From contig JAPLVR010000003.1 in NCBI GenBank assembly GCA_026397015.1, forward strand, positions 186,359-250,358: a DNA stretch of 64,000 nucleotides, in the 5' to 3' direction. The translations under genes and the position numbers were made by a program. The notes below the pieces were generated by a model. The model worked only from the letters and a program-made list of their open reading frames with translations. It was not told the DNA's origin and made no database searches. This stretch comes from Candidatus Iainarchaeum sp. (GTDB taxonomy: Archaea; Iainarchaeota; Iainarchaeia; Iainarchaeales; JAAZKV01). This document shows, piece by piece, positions 9,063 through 18,146 of the stretch (position 1 is the first letter of the stretch; each line of letters begins with the position of its first letter).

Positions 9063-9080
9063 TGCAACTCTAGGGGCATT
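9063..9080 (+). repeat. island motif copy F (TGCAACTCTAGGGGCATT) in hairpin GCCCC...GGGGC followed by T-run
   Basis: Stem arms at 9055-9059 and 9073-9077. It lies 45 nt after the small ORF 8890..9018. Confidence 0.7.
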
Positions 9081-9141
9081 CCTTTTTTCTGGTTTAGCTG
9101 CAAACAAAACTAATTTATTGCTTAGCTTGTAAAATTAGGTA

Positions 9142-9552
9142 ATGAAAATAACCTTGTGCTCGAGCTACAGATTCTTTGACAAATTATACGCAATAAAAAA
9201 GGCGCTGGAAGAAAGGGGTTACGAAGTGTTTTTACCGAGCATGCGTGATTACCATCACCTTGAAGAAACCGCTCTCGCAAAAATACAATACAACCTAATC
9301 AAAAACCATTTCAGAAAAGTTGACAAGTCTGATGCAATCTATGTGGCGAATTATGACAAGGACGGCGTAAAAGGTTACATAGGAGGAAACTCCTTCCTTG
9401 AGATGGGAAAGGCTTTTGACAAAGGAATTCCAATATTCCTCATGAATGAGATCCCAACCCAATCGCCATACAGAGAAGAATTAATCGCGCTCATGCCGAT
9501 AGTAATCGGCGAAGACTGGGATCTAATGAATAAATTGCTTAAAAAAAGGTGA
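9142..9552 (+). CDS. nucleoside 2-deoxyribosyltransferase-like protein (NDT/Rcl fold)
   Basis: The motif GGNSFLEMGKAFDKGIPIF matches the NDT catalytic-Glu motif (xGTxFExGxAxxxGKPV). The 136-aa size is typical. Confidence 0.55.
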   Translation: MKITLCSSYRFFDKLYAIKKALEERGYEVFLPSMRDYHHLEETALAKIQYNLIKNHFRKVDKSDAIYVANYDKDGVKGYIGGNSFLEMGKAFDKGIPIFLMNEIPTQSPYREELIALMPIVIGEDWDLMNKLLKKR

Positions 9553-9558
9553 CTAAAA

Positions 9559-9801
9559 ATGAAATTAAAAACAAAAGCTGAAAAGAAAAAGGTAAAATCG
9601 GAAAAATATGTCCGGGTATGCCCGATGTGCAGGAGCGCAAAACTTTCAATAAACAACTCAAACCCCTTCTTTGTGAGTGCCAATATTTGGGAATACAAGT
9701 GCGGGAACTGCGGCTACAAAAATGCCCAGAGCCTATTCCCTGAAATAAAAATTCCCGAGAAACAAACAGGCGGAAAAAAGAAAAAAACGACAAAAAAATG
9801 A
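9559..9801 (+). CDS. small zinc-ribbon protein with KIPEKQ..KKKK tail
   Basis: CPMC...(19)...CGNC four-Cys ribbon. The C-terminal SLFPEIKIPEKQTGGKKKK is paralogous to the tail of 6920..7216. Confidence 0.45.
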   Translation: MKLKTKAEKKKVKSEKYVRVCPMCRSAKLSINNSNPFFVSANIWEYKCGNCGYKNAQSLFPEIKIPEKQTGGKKKKTTKK

Positions 9802-9823
9802 GCCTAAATGCCCCCCACAGAGA

Positions 9824-10483
9824 ATGTTTATATACAACCAAGAAGCTAATTTGTTAAGTGGCATTATGAGAAGAATCAACAGTCTGTTTGGAAGAAGAAA
9901 AAAACCGCTCAGCGAATCCGTAAAGAAAGCGCGTGAAAAAAGGTTGTTGGAGAGGAACACTCCGCCTACAAAAAAGGGTGGGAAAAAGCCGTTGAGGGAA
10001 AGTTTCTACCGCGGCTTTACTCCGAATAATTTGAGTGCAAAAGAGCAAAAGGAAACGGAAAGGGCAATCAAGGTGCTGGAAAGGGCAAGAATGAAGGGGA
10101 TGAAAAATACCGTTATAAAAACCACTATTGGCACGCATGTTGGCGAGTTATACGGTTTTTGGAACGCATTACTTTCGGCCACAACAAACACATCAATAAT
10201 GCGCGGGGCCGGAATTTACTTTAAAGCCACAATTGCGGGCGGCGCAATCGGATACGGAATCGGGCACGCTAAAAATGTGCCCCTTGTAAGAAGGGCGACA
10301 AAACTTGTCGGCAGGGCGCTCTACAAGGAACAGAAAAAGAACAGGGATTTGCGAGAGTTCTTGGAAAAATACAGGTACGTTTACATCAATATGACCGGGG
10401 ACATTGTCGGAACCAGGCTTCCAAAAATAATATTCGGAAGGATGCGGCTGAGAACAAGTAAAATAATCGCCGGAAAATATTAG
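9824..10483 (+). CDS. basic hypothetical protein (219 aa)
   Basis: Real ATG. Very K/R-rich with a Gly/Ala-rich middle. It lies upstream of the methyltransferase. Confidence 0.45.
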   Translation: MFIYNQEANLLSGIMRRINSLFGRRKKPLSESVKKAREKRLLERNTPPTKKGGKKPLRESFYRGFTPNNLSAKEQKETERAIKVLERARMKGMKNTVIKTTIGTHVGELYGFWNALLSATTNTSIMRGAGIYFKATIAGGAIGYGIGHAKNVPLVRRATKLVGRALYKEQKKNRDLREFLEKYRYVYINMTGDIVGTRLPKIIFGRMRLRTSKIIAGKY

Positions 10484-10544
10484 GGGCGTTTAATCCCTGC
10501 AGCCACCCGCAACAATTTTTAATTGAATCCACAGAAACTTCATT

Positions 10545-11663
10545 ATGATTCCGAAAAACATTTCCGAATTAGTTACCTTCTCGCCGAACAGGTTTGAGCC
10601 GATACATGACTGGTTCTACTATAAGGAAGGGTACGCAAAAAAATTGGTTGAGTGGCTGGTAAAGGAATACAACCTGGAAGGCCCCATTTTTGACCCGTTC
10701 TGTGGAAGCGGGACAACAGTTTTGGCCGCAAAACAGATGGGCATTGAAAGCATCGGGTGCGATGTTTCGCCGCTCGCGGTTCTTGCATCAAAAGTAAAAA
10801 CAAGGAATTATGAAGTTGAAACGCTGAAAAAAAAGCTGGGCGAATTCAGGGAAATGAAAGTTCCTCCCGAGCAGTTGACGCCGCGCGACGAAAGGCTGAG
10901 AAAAATAATCAGCAGGGGAAACTGGGAAGAAATGCATTTTTTGAAAAAAAAGATTGAGGAAATTGGAGACGAAAAAGCAAGAGATTTTTTTTATTTGGCA
11001 ATGGTTGATTCTTTCGGTGCAGTGGCGCAGGTGGTAAAAGTCGGGGGGTCGCTGAGAAGGGCGAAAAAAAATGTTCCATCAATGAAAAAGTTTTTCGAGA
11101 GGAAATGCGAGAGGATGATAAGGGATTTGGAAAGGGGGAAGAAGGGGGTGGAGCCGGAAGTAATCGAAGCCGATGCAAGGGTTTTCAACCTCGAGGAAAA
11201 TAGTATTGGTTCCATAATTACTTCACCGCCGTACTTGAACAAAATCGAATACACTACCGTTTACAAGCTCGAGCTTATTTTGTTTTTCAAGGTGCAGGAA
11301 ACGCAATTGAGGGCTTTCATCGGGGATGAGCCTCAAAACATCAGGGGAACAAAAATAAAAATCAAAAATTTTCAAAAGTTTCCGCCGATTGCGCAGGCAT
11401 ACTTTGAAGATATGGAAAAAGTGATGGTGAACTGCTTCCGCTGTTTAAAGCCGAAAGGGAAAATGGTTATTGTTGTGGCTGGAGGATGCCTGCCAGATAG
11501 AATAATTCAGAGCGACGAAATTTTGTGCGATTTGGGGCAGGCGATTGGATTCAAAATAATCGATATTATTGCCGCAAGAGAAATTTTTTGCCACGCAAAC
11601 AGGTCGATAAAAATCGGGAAAGTAAGGGAAAGCGTTATTGTTTTGGAGAAGCCGGAAGTTTGA
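10545..11663 (+). CDS. DNA amino-methyltransferase (N6-adenine / N4-cytosine)
   Basis: Motif I is DPFCGSGTT and motif IV is IITSPPYLNKIEY (SPPY). No recognisable restriction endonuclease lies adjacent. Confidence 0.75.
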   Translation: MIPKNISELVTFSPNRFEPIHDWFYYKEGYAKKLVEWLVKEYNLEGPIFDPFCGSGTTVLAAKQMGIESIGCDVSPLAVLASKVKTRNYEVETLKKKLGEFREMKVPPEQLTPRDERLRKIISRGNWEEMHFLKKKIEEIGDEKARDFFYLAMVDSFGAVAQVVKVGGSLRRAKKNVPSMKKFFERKCERMIRDLERGKKGVEPEVIEADARVFNLEENSIGSIITSPPYLNKIEYTTVYKLELILFFKVQETQLRAFIGDEPQNIRGTKIKIKNFQKFPPIAQAYFEDMEKVMVNCFRCLKPKGKMVIVVAGGCLPDRIIQSDEILCDLGQAIGFKIIDIIAAREIFCHANRSIKIGKVRESVIVLEKPEV

Positions 11664-11732
11664 AAAGAAAGGTATAAATACCATGAAGAACGCTATACTT
11701 CGGGAAGGATTTCCGATTTTTGAGGTGGTTTT

Positions 11733-13982
11733 TTGAAAAGGTTTCTTGGAATAGTTTTATTGGTCGCAGTAATTATTTTATTTTCAGGGTGCATCCAACC
11801 GCCAGTATGCGGAAACGAAAGATGTGAAATAGGAGAGAACCAAGACAACTGTTCAGCGGATTGCTCGTCACAATCGCCGCCTTCGGTGCAGATCTTTGAG
11901 CCGGAAATCAACGGTCTTGTTGTGACCCAAAACGGCGTTGCACAGCCTAACTGTGGAAGCTTTGACGAAACATACTGCGCAAACTATTCCGCTGGCCCAG
12001 ACCAAAATGGAACAATATTCAACGGGCCCATTGCATTTGAATGGGGCGACGGAAGTGTTTCATGTTCCTGGTTCCCTGCGGAACATCAATATGCACAAGC
12101 CGGTGAGTATACAATAAGCGTAAGTGCAAAAAATACCTGTACCGAAACGATCGGCGGCGCAACCAGAATTGTGCGAATAAGTTCAGGTTCTTGCGGAAAT
12201 TCAATATGCGAAGCAGAAGAAACGCCTCAAACATGTTCCGATGATTGTAGCATAATTTCTCCGGGAGTTTACGAGCTAAATATCGGGGACAAAATATTTG
12301 TTGAAGGAGGCGGAAATTTTGCAGGCGAAATACTGTCAATAACATTTATTGATGTGGTTCAGCCGGGAACGGGCCCAAACATGCCCTACCAAGGGAAATG
12401 GACACTAAAAAACAACTACACATTACTAAAAATTGTCCAAAAAGCGCCGGGCACTTACTTAAACGACGAATTCGGATCAAATTATTTTAACCGCAATCCG
12501 AAAATATACGTTGAAGAGGTTGCGTTTAATCTGCAAACCGAAAAATATTTCGCAAAAGTGAGGATAACAAGCGGAATAGAAATAAGGACTGACCAAGTGT
12601 TCCCGTACGATCCGGCGCAAACAACAAATCCAGAATGGACTGGGCACGCGAACACTGTTTTGGAAGGAAATAAAGTCAAACTTCTCTCAATTGAAATAAT
12701 GAATAATTGGTCATATGACCAACCAACAAACGAGAGTTCGACACAGAAAATCGTCCTCGCAAAAAACCAATCAATAAAACTCCCTTTGGATTATGGGCAC
12801 ATAACTTACGAAGGCCTTCAAGGGGAAAACCCTGAAGTAACCGAAACAATTGGCGGAAACACATTAAAAATAACTGATACTTTTGGAATCCAAAGAGAAG
12901 TTCCATTAGTAATCCAGCTGGGATTCGGTCTTAACGAGATAATGATTTCAGGAACCCCATTTGTTGTTTATCTCGCTAAGCTTGAAAACACTGAAAAGGA
13001 TGTTGCCAGGTACTGGCCTTACTCTAGAACTGCCGCGGCAATTCCCGACCCATGGAAAAACCCTCCGGCAGGTTACAATGACATCTCATATTCAAACAAA
13101 AGCGTAACAAAAACAACCCTAAGCTTCTGGGTAAATACAACCAGCATGTCGCCAAAATATGCCCTAGGGGTTGACAAAACAACCGGGCAGGCATGGCTTT
13201 TACTGTCCAGCCAGTCATTCCGCGTTAAATCTGCAAGCAGAAGCGGCATTCTTGAGGTCGGAAGCACCTGCATCCCATCAGCCACGCCGGACCAAAGGCC
13301 GTATTACCTGCCGGATTTAACCACGTTAAATGTTCTTACCGGGGCCGGCTATTCAATAATGCCGTCTGATGGGGATTCTTACGAATTCACTTCAAAAATG
13401 ACACTCAAGGATTATGACAATCCGCAGGGAGTAGATTTTTATCTCGGGACGTCGGATGATTTGCTCGTAAACAGCACAAATAATAAAGCAAGGTGCAGCA
13501 CGGCGGACAATGAGGCGGAATATATTCATTGGAACCTAAATGAATACACAACCGCGGCATCCACAAAGCTGCTGCAGGGATACACTACTTACGGCACAAA
13601 GGTAACGGTCAGCGAGGGAATTGGAAAAGCATACGTTCCGCTTTACACAAAGGTCATGGCGCACACAACTGTAAACATTTCCAACCCAATTGAATTATTC
13701 CTGAGAAACAAAATACAGGATTCAAATCAATTCATTTGGGATATAAGCTCCAATGATGTGTACAGCGAAAAAATAATGCTTGAGGCAACCGCGAGAAATC
13801 AGACAATCGCAAACGGCTTTTATCCGGGCGAGGTTGTTTTGTCAATAGGAAAAAATGGAATAGAATACTACGTCACATTCAACCAGCCTGCCGATATCGG
13901 CACCGAAATAAATTTCATGGGCAAAAATTATAGGATTGCGGAAATCGGATTAGGGCGCGTATTCCTTGAAGAAGTGCAATAA
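11733..13982 (+). CDS. secreted lipoprotein with PKD domain and two CGxxxCExGE..C..DC modules
   Basis: TTG start. The signal peptide ends in the lipobox-like LFSGC. The PKD signature is FEWGDGSVSC...HQYAQAGEYTISVSAKN. The Cys modules are CGNERCEIGENQDNCSADCS and CGNSICEAEETPQTCSDDCS. Confidence 0.7.
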   Translation: MKRFLGIVLLVAVIILFSGCIQPPVCGNERCEIGENQDNCSADCSSQSPPSVQIFEPEINGLVVTQNGVAQPNCGSFDETYCANYSAGPDQNGTIFNGPIAFEWGDGSVSCSWFPAEHQYAQAGEYTISVSAKNTCTETIGGATRIVRISSGSCGNSICEAEETPQTCSDDCSIISPGVYELNIGDKIFVEGGGNFAGEILSITFIDVVQPGTGPNMPYQGKWTLKNNYTLLKIVQKAPGTYLNDEFGSNYFNRNPKIYVEEVAFNLQTEKYFAKVRITSGIEIRTDQVFPYDPAQTTNPEWTGHANTVLEGNKVKLLSIEIMNNWSYDQPTNESSTQKIVLAKNQSIKLPLDYGHITYEGLQGENPEVTETIGGNTLKITDTFGIQREVPLVIQLGFGLNEIMISGTPFVVYLAKLENTEKDVARYWPYSRTAAAIPDPWKNPPAGYNDISYSNKSVTKTTLSFWVNTTSMSPKYALGVDKTTGQAWLLLSSQSFRVKSASRSGILEVGSTCIPSATPDQRPYYLPDLTTLNVLTGAGYSIMPSDGDSYEFTSKMTLKDYDNPQGVDFYLGTSDDLLVNSTNNKARCSTADNEAEYIHWNLNEYTTAASTKLLQGYTTYGTKVTVSEGIGKAYVPLYTKVMAHTTVNISNPIELFLRNKIQDSNQFIWDISSNDVYSEKIMLEATARNQTIANGFYPGEVVLSIGKNGIEYYVTFNQPADIGTEINFMGKNYRIAEIGLGRVFLEEVQ

Positions 13983-14010
13983 ATAATACGATTCTCAAAG
14001 GGCGATTAGT

Positions 14011-14043
14011 TTTTTTCGCCAGCCTTTTTGTAAAAAAGGCTGG
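14011..14043 (+). terminator. palindromic hairpin element TTTTTTTCGCCAGCCTTTTT-GTA-AAAAAGGCTGG
   Basis: 11-bp perfect stem starting 37 nt after the stop of 11733..13982. It belongs to the window-wide repeat family. Confidence 0.5.
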
Positions 14044-14198
14044 TTTGAAACCTTAAGTTTTGGAAAACAAGAGGTTTGCTTTTTCCATAATGCATCCTTA
14101 TTAGCGGGGGCGCAACTAACATTAGTTGCCTTCTATTAAATGCACCAAAAAAGAGATGCACTGCAACTGAAGGCACAACTCCAACACGGTGAAAAAAA

Positions 14199-14555
14199 TT
14201 GAGTCTTATAAAGCTGACTTTCGGCGGAAGGAATCCAAGCGCGGCTGACGCAATAGGCAAAGGAAAATTGAAGGTTGTTAAAACCGACAAATTTTACGGA
14301 ACAGAAGCCGTTTGCGTAATAGGAACACTCGTTGAAGGGGCTCTTTCTGTAAACATGTGCATTCCGGAAAAGAATGCAAAAATACAGAGCCTGGAATCGA
14401 ACTATGGCGATGATTACTGCGTAAAAGAAGGTGCAAAGGTAACACTCATGGTTTTGGGGATAAATAAGAGCGACTTTAACACGGGGGATGACATACAGTT
14501 CCAAAAGCTTGCGGTGATTGCCGGCAAACCGAAGGGAAGATTGATAATCGCATAA
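14199..14555 (+). CDS. hypothetical protein (TTG start, dubious)
   Basis: ORF-track call only. No upstream ATG and no motif. A GC hairpin GCCTGCC...GGCAGGC follows at ~14570-14600. Confidence 0.3.
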   Translation: MSLIKLTFGGRNPSAADAIGKGKLKVVKTDKFYGTEAVCVIGTLVEGALSVNMCIPEKNAKIQSLESNYGDDYCVKEGAKVTLMVLGINKSDFNTGDDIQFQKLAVIAGKPKGRLIIA

Positions 14556-14636
14556 ATTTTACGGATGGTGAGCAGCCCGGCCTGCCCCCGGCGGCAGGCG
14601 GGTTTAAATCCTTAATTGGACTAATTTTATTTCAGT

Positions 14637-15197
14637 ATGGCAAATCTTTTCAATCCACAAAATATCCAAGATAAACTGAAAAATCCAATGAAAAAATTGT
14701 TCTCATCGCAGGCGTCGGTTGAAACAAAACAAATAATGCTTTATGCAACCGGTCTAATCATTATCCCGCTTTTATCCAACAATCAATTGATAACGGGCGC
14801 ATTTGTAAACACAATATTGATACTTGCCGCGCTGAACTATTCCCTCAAAAAAACTTTTTTCCTCTCATTCATCCCGAGCACGACAATTTTTTTAACAGGG
14901 TTTTTCTTCGGCGGCGTAACAGCCGCAATCGCGTTGATGCTCCCTTTCATTTGGGCGGGAAACTTTTTGTTGATGCTTGCAACAAAAAAACTTTTCATTG
15001 AAAAGAAAAAAAATTATTTCATTTCTGCTACCGGGGGGGCACTGGCAAAAACCGCTTTGCTTTTTTGTTCTGCAACAATGCTCGCTTCATTCTCGCTTAT
15101 CCCAATCGTATTCGTTTCGACGTTTGGAATAATGCAGCTGGCAACAGCCGAAAGCGGCGCAATGATTGCTTTTATTTTAAAAAAAGCAAAAAGATAA
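14637..15197 (+). CDS. polytopic membrane protein, function unknown
   Basis: About five hydrophobic helices, 186 aa. Confidence 0.5.
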   Translation: MANLFNPQNIQDKLKNPMKKLFSSQASVETKQIMLYATGLIIIPLLSNNQLITGAFVNTILILAALNYSLKKTFFLSFIPSTTIFLTGFFFGGVTAAIALMLPFIWAGNFLLMLATKKLFIEKKKNYFISATGGALAKTALLFCSATMLASFSLIPIVFVSTFGIMQLATAESGAMIAFILKKAKR

Positions 15198-15222
15198 AAA
15201 CAGGCATATTCACTTTCATAGT

Positions 15223-15960
15223 ATGTTAATTGAACTTTTCCTGTCTCTTCTGGCAATTTCCCTCGTCTCGCTGATAGGCTTATTTTCATTTGCGGTAAAC
15301 TCAAAAAAAATCGGGAAATTGCTCGGAGAAATGGTTGCGTTTGCGGTAGGCGCTCTTCTCGGGGACGTTTTCATCCATCTCCTTCCGGAACTTGGAAAAA
15401 ACGGGTTTTCACTTGAAATTTCAATAACGATTCTTGCTGGAATGGTTTCATTCTTCGTGCTGGAAAAATTCATCCACTGGCACCACTGCCACCACGTCGA
15501 GCATGGAAAAGCCTGCCAGAGATTCACATACATGAGCATTTATGGCGACGCGCTGCACAATTTCATTGACGGGATAATACTTGCAGGCGCTTTTATTTCG
15601 GGAAACGTAATCGGCTTTTCAACCGCAATCGCGGTTTTTCTGCATGAAGTGCCGCAGGAAATCGGGGATTTTGGAATTCTGCTGAAAGGCGGCTTCACAA
15701 AGAAAAGAGCATTGTTTTATAATTTCGTGACGGCGCTTACGACATTCGTGGGAGCGGGATTTGCTTTATATTTCAGCACGCTAATGGAAGGAATTGCCCC
15801 TTTTTTTATCGCTTTTGCCGCTGGAAGCTTTTTGTACATCGCCGGAACGGATTTGCTGCCGGAACTGCACAAAGAATTCTCACCAAAAAAAATATTTTCA
15901 CAGATATTTTTTATCATTCTTGGCATAGGAGTAATGGGCGCGCTCTTACTGATAGGGTAG
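15223..15960 (+). CDS. zupT: ZIP-family zinc transporter ZupT
   Basis: ZIP signature HEVPQEIGDFGILL, the His-rich loop HWHHCHHVEHG, and eight TM segments. Confidence 0.8.
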   Translation: MLIELFLSLLAISLVSLIGLFSFAVNSKKIGKLLGEMVAFAVGALLGDVFIHLLPELGKNGFSLEISITILAGMVSFFVLEKFIHWHHCHHVEHGKACQRFTYMSIYGDALHNFIDGIILAGAFISGNVIGFSTAIAVFLHEVPQEIGDFGILLKGGFTKKRALFYNFVTALTTFVGAGFALYFSTLMEGIAPFFIAFAAGSFLYIAGTDLLPELHKEFSPKKIFSQIFFIILGIGVMGALLLIG

Positions 15961-16021
15961 ATAACAAGTCTGCAAATCTTCGAAGCGGAAGTAATTTAAC
16001 CAAGAAAAGAGGAATTACTTA

Positions 16022-16723
16022 ATGAAAAAAATATTCAGAACACCTTTTTTCAATGGAAGGAAAAAAAGAATTGAAAGAGCAGTAGAAAGGGCAAGGGCAT
16101 TGCGGGCGAGAAAACGCGTTCCATGGAAAAGAGGAATATCCGAATTACACGAGATGAACGAATCGCACGCGAGAGAACTTATTGCAAGAAAAATAGTTCT
16201 TCCTGCGGCAAGAAAAGCGCTTGGAAGGCATCTAAAAGCGGTCCTGATTTTCGGGAGCGCACAGCAGGGAGTAAGGGAATCAGTGCTTGGCCACAGGAAA
16301 TATTTGAATGAACGCCCCGCACTTGCCATCCCGAAAAAAAGCGATCTTGATATATTACTGATAAGCACAAAAGCACCTGACAGAGAATCTTACCAGACAA
16401 TGGCAGGGCTTTCAAGCATGGTGCCAATTGACCTTGAAAATACTTTGGGCGGGCAAATGGGTGCCGGCGGTTTCATTAGAAGAAAAACAAAAAAAATCGA
16501 AAAAACTGTTTCAGACCTGAAAATACTTAATCTGGGATTTTATGTGCATTTCGAAATAGTGCACCCTGATGTTTTTGCGAACGAAATGCGCAACATTTTT
16601 TCTCCATTTCAAGTGATAAGCGGGAAGAAATATGTTCAGCAAATACTTGAAGAAAAATTTTTCGAAAGGCTGCCGAGAATGAAAAAAGAACTCAAAAAAG
16701 ATTATCCTTTGAAGTATTCATGA
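16022..16723 (+). CDS. hypothetical protein with minimal nucleotidyltransferase-like GS...DxD motif
   Basis: IFGSAQQG followed by SDLDILLI resembles the Pol-beta superfamily nucleotidyltransferase core, but the match is weak. Confidence 0.4.
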   Translation: MKKIFRTPFFNGRKKRIERAVERARALRARKRVPWKRGISELHEMNESHARELIARKIVLPAARKALGRHLKAVLIFGSAQQGVRESVLGHRKYLNERPALAIPKKSDLDILLISTKAPDRESYQTMAGLSSMVPIDLENTLGGQMGAGGFIRRKTKKIEKTVSDLKILNLGFYVHFEIVHPDVFANEMRNIFSPFQVISGKKYVQQILEEKFFERLPRMKKELKKDYPLKYS

Positions 16724-16734
16724 TTAAACTTTTG

Positions 16735-17328
16735 TTAAAGCGCGGGCGAAGTAACTTTCTCAAGCGCTTCCTTCAACATTGCTTTTGCGCCGCCGTAGTT
16801 GTGCCCGGGCCAAATTATTATCTCAGGATTTTTTTTTGAGAACGCTGAAAGCTTTTCCAGCGAAGCGCGCATTTCATTTTCATCGCCGCCGAAATCGGCT
16901 CTTCCCGTGCCGTCGGCAAACAGCACATCGCCGGTAAATAAATTATTTTTAATCAAAAAACAAACGCTGTCGGAAGTGTGGCCGGGAAGGAAAAGCGTTT
17001 CAATTCTGAAACCCGCGACTTCAATTTCCGGGCACTTTTTTAAATCTTCAAAACTTTTCAAAAGGATTCCTTTCTCAATAAAGCAATTCACGTTTCCGGC
17101 ATGGTCGAAGTGGGAATGGGTTACTAATTGAAAAATAACTTTTGCGTCATTTTTCCTTATTGCTTTTTCTATTTCTTCAATTGAGCCGGTCGCATCAATC
17201 AAAACCGCTCCGCCATTTTTTCCGATTACAAGATAAGAAAAATTGTTGTCGAAGCCGCGGACATTTACCTGAATTATTTTTACTTTTTCCGGTTTTGGAG
17301 ATTTTTTTAGGCTTTTGGAGGAAACCAT
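16735..17328 (-). CDS. MBL-fold metallo-hydrolase (glyoxalase II-like)
   Basis: HxHxDH motif THSHFDHAG. The start was moved to the internal Met (MVSSKSLKK...KIIQVNV). The tool start at 17406 adds 26 implausible residues and overlaps the next gene. Confidence 0.7.
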   Translation of the reverse strand: MVSSKSLKKSPKPEKVKIIQVNVRGFDNNFSYLVIGKNGGAVLIDATGSIEEIEKAIRKNDAKVIFQLVTHSHFDHAGNVNCFIEKGILLKSFEDLKKCPEIEVAGFRIETLFLPGHTSDSVCFLIKNNLFTGDVLFADGTGRADFGGDENEMRASLEKLSAFSKKNPEIIIWPGHNYGGAKAMLKEALEKVTSPAL

Positions 17329-17363
17329 AATGGTTTTTATACTGCGGAAACATCTATAATGGT

Positions 17364-17789
17364 ATGGCGGAAAGGAAACCCAGCATAGTAAGATTAGTGC
17401 TGACAATCATTGTTGCGGCAATAGTTTTCTTTGTCGTTTCGATGGCGTTCAGCTTCCTGACAAAAATGTTCTTTCCTTATGACATGGCAGCGATTGCAGG
17501 GTCCAGGTTGGTAACGGACCCGCTAATGATGGCATTCTTCCTACATCCACTAATATATATGGTCGGAGTAGTCATACTGTATCCTCTGCTCAATCTGAAG
17601 TGGAGCACCGTTGAGAAGGGAACCGCTTACGGTTTTATTTTGTGGCTGATGATTTCGCTTCCCGAAGCGTACGTAATATTTACAAGCATGAGTGATTACC
17701 CGACAGGATTTTACATAGACAAGCTTTTGTTCGGGCTGGTTGCATGGATTGCAACCGGAGTAACGATTGCATACCTGTTGAGAGAGTAA
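17364..17789 (+). CDS. small membrane protein (141 aa), hypothetical
   Basis: Four predicted TM helices. Confidence 0.5.
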   Translation: MAERKPSIVRLVLTIIVAAIVFFVVSMAFSFLTKMFFPYDMAAIAGSRLVTDPLMMAFFLHPLIYMVGVVILYPLLNLKWSTVEKGTAYGFILWLMISLPEAYVIFTSMSDYPTGFYIDKLLFGLVAWIATGVTIAYLLRE

Positions 17790-17939
17790 ACTGTTGAAAG
17801 AATATTTGTCCAACCGCTATTTGCTACGACGCGAGAACTCAAAAATACATTTAACTACTTAACTTTTCACAAAAATTTAAAGCAGCGAAAAGACCTTTCA
17901 TAAAAAAGGCTGTGCCGAACGAAGTGAGGCGTTTTTCGC

Positions 17940-17962
17940 CAGCCTTTTTCTCAAAAAGGCTG
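17940..17962 (+). terminator. palindromic hairpin element CAGCCTTTTT-CTC-AAAAAGGCTG abutting tRNA-Asp 5' end
   Basis: 10-bp stem. An extra free right-arm copy AAAAAGGCTG lies at 17904-17913. Confidence 0.45.
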
Positions 17963-18033
17963 CCCCGATAGTCTATTGGTTAGGATTCACCCCTGTCACG
18001 GGTGAGAGCCGGGTCCGAATCCCGGTCGGGGCG
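17962..18033 (+). tRNA. tRNA-Asp (anticodon GTC)
   Basis: Folded by hand: 7-bp acceptor stem GCCCCGA/TCGGGGC, D-arm GTCT/GGAT, anticodon stem CACCC/GGGTG with loop CTGTCAC, T-arm CCGGG/CCCGG with loop TCCGAAT, and discriminator G. No encoded CCA. TTTT follows. Confidence 0.85.
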
Positions 18034-18146
18034 TTTTGGGCGAAAGGCCTATCTATTAACAGTGTATATTTTAACAATAAAAAAAAGAAAAAGCAAAACC
18101 TTTAAATACAACCTCGATACACAAAATAATATTGGTTGCGATTTCG

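Noticed and set aside
5637-9080. Calling the motif-bounded gene run a bona fide integron with attC sites
   Set aside because: I could not identify paired R''/R' core sites (RYYYAAC ... GTTRRRY) or an intI gene in the window. The run is therefore reported only as cassette-like, not annotated as a mobile element.
14006-14504. Minus-strand ORFs 14006..14290 and 14136..14504
   Set aside because: They overlap each other and the terminator hairpin, have Phe/Cys/Tyr-rich composition typical of antisense AT-rich DNA, and no motif.
17904-18033. Hairpin copies upstream of tRNA-Asp as part of the tRNA (intron or leader structure)
   Set aside because: The tRNA folds canonically into 72 nt starting at 17962 without them, so the hairpin is treated as a separate repeat element that happens to abut the tRNA.
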